From Eukaryota sp. GEM-RC1 (lineage: Eukaryota): a stretch of 64,000 nt of DNA. Of this stretch, positions 61,815 through 64,000 are shown in pieces. Made by a program: the position numbers and the translations under genes. The notes beneath the pieces are model-generated. The model did no database searches. It saw only the letters and a list, made by a program, of their open reading frames with translations, and had not been told where the DNA came from. The stretch is taken from contig JAUFOQ010000004.1 of assembly GCA_040285855.1 (NCBI GenBank), positions 434,001 to 498,000 of the forward strand, in the 5' to 3' direction. Positions within the stretch are counted from its first letter, which is position 1. The number at the start of each line of letters is the position of its first letter.

Positions 61815-62703
61815 TAGAGTTGCCGTCGACTCGACTCGACTCGACTCAGATAAGTGTGAGTACGCTCGAACTCGACTCACAAAACTATGAGTACACTCAC
61901 ACTCGCACTCGAGTCGAGTCGAGCATACTCAGTCTCCAGACTCAATGTCAATTTTTTCAGCTCATCGTTTGTCAAGAGTTTACTTATCAGATAATATAGA
62001 ATGCTTGTTAAACAAACACCAAGTGATGTGACTTTACTCTTGAATATAAAGATGGATTTACAACCTATATGGTACGAACTTTTTTGACGTTTGAAGTCGA
62101 TTATGTTTACAAAGAAGTTTGAAACGAAAGCAGAAATTACCTGATTTTCTTCTGAAGGAAAATAGTTGAACACCAAACTATATTGTGAAGAGGAGAAAAT
62201 GAATTTGGAAACAACTGTTCTAGTTACTACAGTACATATAGATTATAAAGGTAACTCAAAGCCATTAGCAGCCCAAGACCTAACACTTAAGAGGGCTCGT
62301 ACAAGTTTTGGATGGGGATGTAATCATTAGAAGGTGGAAGAGTTGGTAATGTAATGTATAATGTAACTTCTACATGAGTTTTATTTTAGTCCTTACTTGG
62401 TGTTTTCCTGTCATGTGTTTTTCTAGGCATATAACCGTTTTAACTTCCACCACAACTCTCTTCAAAAGGTTTTTGCATCGTTAATAGGTTATACGATGCC
62501 TTATGATCTTCAATTAATTTCGTTAAAAGCAAATAACAACAAAAATTAGGATATCGTCGTGAGTGCAGACTCAGTGTACTCGACTCGACTCGGAAAATCC
62601 TGAGTACGCTCGGACTCAACTCACAGAATTGTGAGTACGCTCAGGCTCAGACTCGAGTCGAGTGCGAGTCGAGTACGCTGAGTCGAGTCGATCGGCAACT
62701 CTA
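61815..62703. mobile_element. hAT-like non-autonomous element, 889 bp, with GACTC/GAGTC subterminal arrays
   Basis: TIR TAGAGTTGCCG(A)TCGACTCGACTC; minus-strand remnant HPKLVRALLSVRSW at ~62245-62315 resembles a hAT C-terminus; no TSD recognised. Confidence 0.75.
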
Positions 62704-62950
62704 CACTATGGAATTTCAAAATAGAACGAACTGTTTTTAATTAAACACCAAAGATTTGCACGAAATATACATCGGTCAAGTACTTGCATACAGTATTTGT
62801 TTAGCTAAGTATATCTAACTTGTATCTACGCCAGACCCAAGCTGGCAAGATGTAAGTCAGACTGATACAAGTATTCAGATATGAATCACAAACAATAGAA
62901 AACAAAGTGAACTTTAGGCAGCTTGAATCGAACTGTTCACAAAAGAAATC

Positions 62951-63072
62951 ACATGTTCTGGAAAAGTTGGACCGAATAAAAATGGTGTTGAAAATTTGTT
63001 AATGGAAAATAATGATGGTGATTTAGCTACGATTTGTGCAAAAAACACGGTCCAACTTTTTTCGGAACATGT
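62951..63072. mobile_element. ~120-bp Tc1-like MITE
   Basis: Near-perfect ~24-bp inverted ends ACATGTTCTGGAAAAGTTGGACCG and CGGTCCAACTTTTTTCGGAACATGT. Confidence 0.6.
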
Positions 63073-63150
63073 AACGGTCTTTGCCCAATACATGCATTGG
63101 AACGCACAATTAATTGAGTGTTCGAGGTGACTAAAACAAATACTATATAC

Positions 63151-63591
63151 AGGTCAGGTCAATTCATTTGATGACCATGACCTGACCCGTGACCTGTTAC
63201 TGTGGACCTTGACCTGACCTTTGACACGATTTATGTGACCTTGACCTGACCTTTGACCTGAATCTGTTGACCTTGACCTGACCTTTGACCTGAAATCTTC
63301 AATTTTCTTTATTCTTTAACTATCGAAAATCCGTGTAAACACAGTCAAATATAATCTAACAATTTCTTGAATATTAGTGTATACTAAGAGTACATTGCGT
63401 ATTATGATCTAATTTTGATCATTTAAAACAAGAAACTCACACATAAACTGCCAAATGATTGATTGTGATCTGACCTTTGACCTGATGTTCGTTAGCTTGA
63501 CCCGACCTTTGACCTGAACGGTACGACCTTGACCTGACCTTTGACCTGACATGTGATTTTCAGGTCTTGACCTGAACTTTTAACAACCCTA
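63151..63591. mobile_element. hAT-like MITE with (T)TGACCT subterminal arrays; left TIR lost
   Basis: Right end AACAACCCTA; GACCTTGACCTGACCTTT arrays at both ends; ATATACA on both flanks. Confidence 0.65.
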
Positions 63592-63767
63592 ATATACATG
63601 TATTAGCATATTGTTGCAAATAAACTCCCTATATACATGTAGTTTATAAAGTGATAAAACTCAACATTATTCGGTACCCAATAAGGTAACCTTCCTGCAA
63701 TACTTTGAAATGATATCAGGTTGTCAACCATCTCAAATAGTTCAACAGCAGCAAAAAAAACAAGCAT

Positions 63768-63838
63768 GCGTTCGTGGTTTAGTGGTAGAATACGTCGTTG
63801 CCATCGATGTGACCCGGGTTCGATTCCCGGCGGATGCA
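63768..63838 (+). tRNA. tRNA-Gly(GCC)
   Basis: Full cloverleaf: acceptor GCGTTCG/CGGATGC, anticodon stem CGTCG/CGATG with loop TTGCCAT, T arm CCGGG-TTCGATT-CCCGG; followed by a TTTTT Pol III terminator. Confidence 0.96.
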
Positions 63839-64000
63839 TTTTTATATTATATAGATGTTCACGCTTTCTTTACAAACGGCTGTTTTTAAACGTCAGCTGT
63901 GTTTTAATGTGCCTAACTTGCATTCTAATCTACATGTAGTTTCAAAACAGTATAAAAGTGAATTTTAATCTGACATTTTTATGTTGAATCAGAGAGATTT

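Noticed and set aside
63151..63591. GACCT and GACTC arrays (also 61815-62703) as CRISPR arrays or telomeric repeats
   Set aside because: The units are short and irregular, have no unique spacers, and sit inside TIR-bounded elements as subterminal repeats; no cas genes are present.
63603..63939. ORFs overlapping the tRNA gene
   Set aside because: Shadow frames of tRNA-Gly.

Overview
This is eukaryotic nuclear DNA from a compact, AT-rich, intron-poor genome of a flagellated protist. CFAP52-like, enkurin, TEX9, augmin HAUS4, condensin II CAP-D3, Snu114, eIF3d, APH-1 and a TmcB-like receptor are present; a free-living metamonad-like organism is my inference, not something the sequence proves. 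About 24 protein genes and one tRNA-Gly(GCC) sit in dense blocks separated by transposon debris: hAT elements with 8-bp target-site duplications (TSDs), Tc1/mariner MITEs with TA TSDs, a deleted IS630/Tc1 transposase and many 3' ends of a CRE-like non-LTR retrotransposon. Many genes are broken by single-base indels, mostly in homopolymers, which look like long-read errors. Main observations: (1) two near-identical paralogues of a ~1,400-aa five-TM prominin/Tweety-like surface protein whose ectodomain divergence is concentrated in two short blocks at the predicted tips of two long hairpins, one carrying a symmetric cysteine-ladder insertion; (2) nine 26-32 nt introns, all with a YTNAY branch motif whose A is exactly 7 nt from the 3' end; (3) bacterial-type enzymes (DUF2156, maltose O-acetyltransferase-like) and unusual domain fusions (cathepsin B plus a saposin-like domain). 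All family calls come from motif recognition by eye; no database searches were run.
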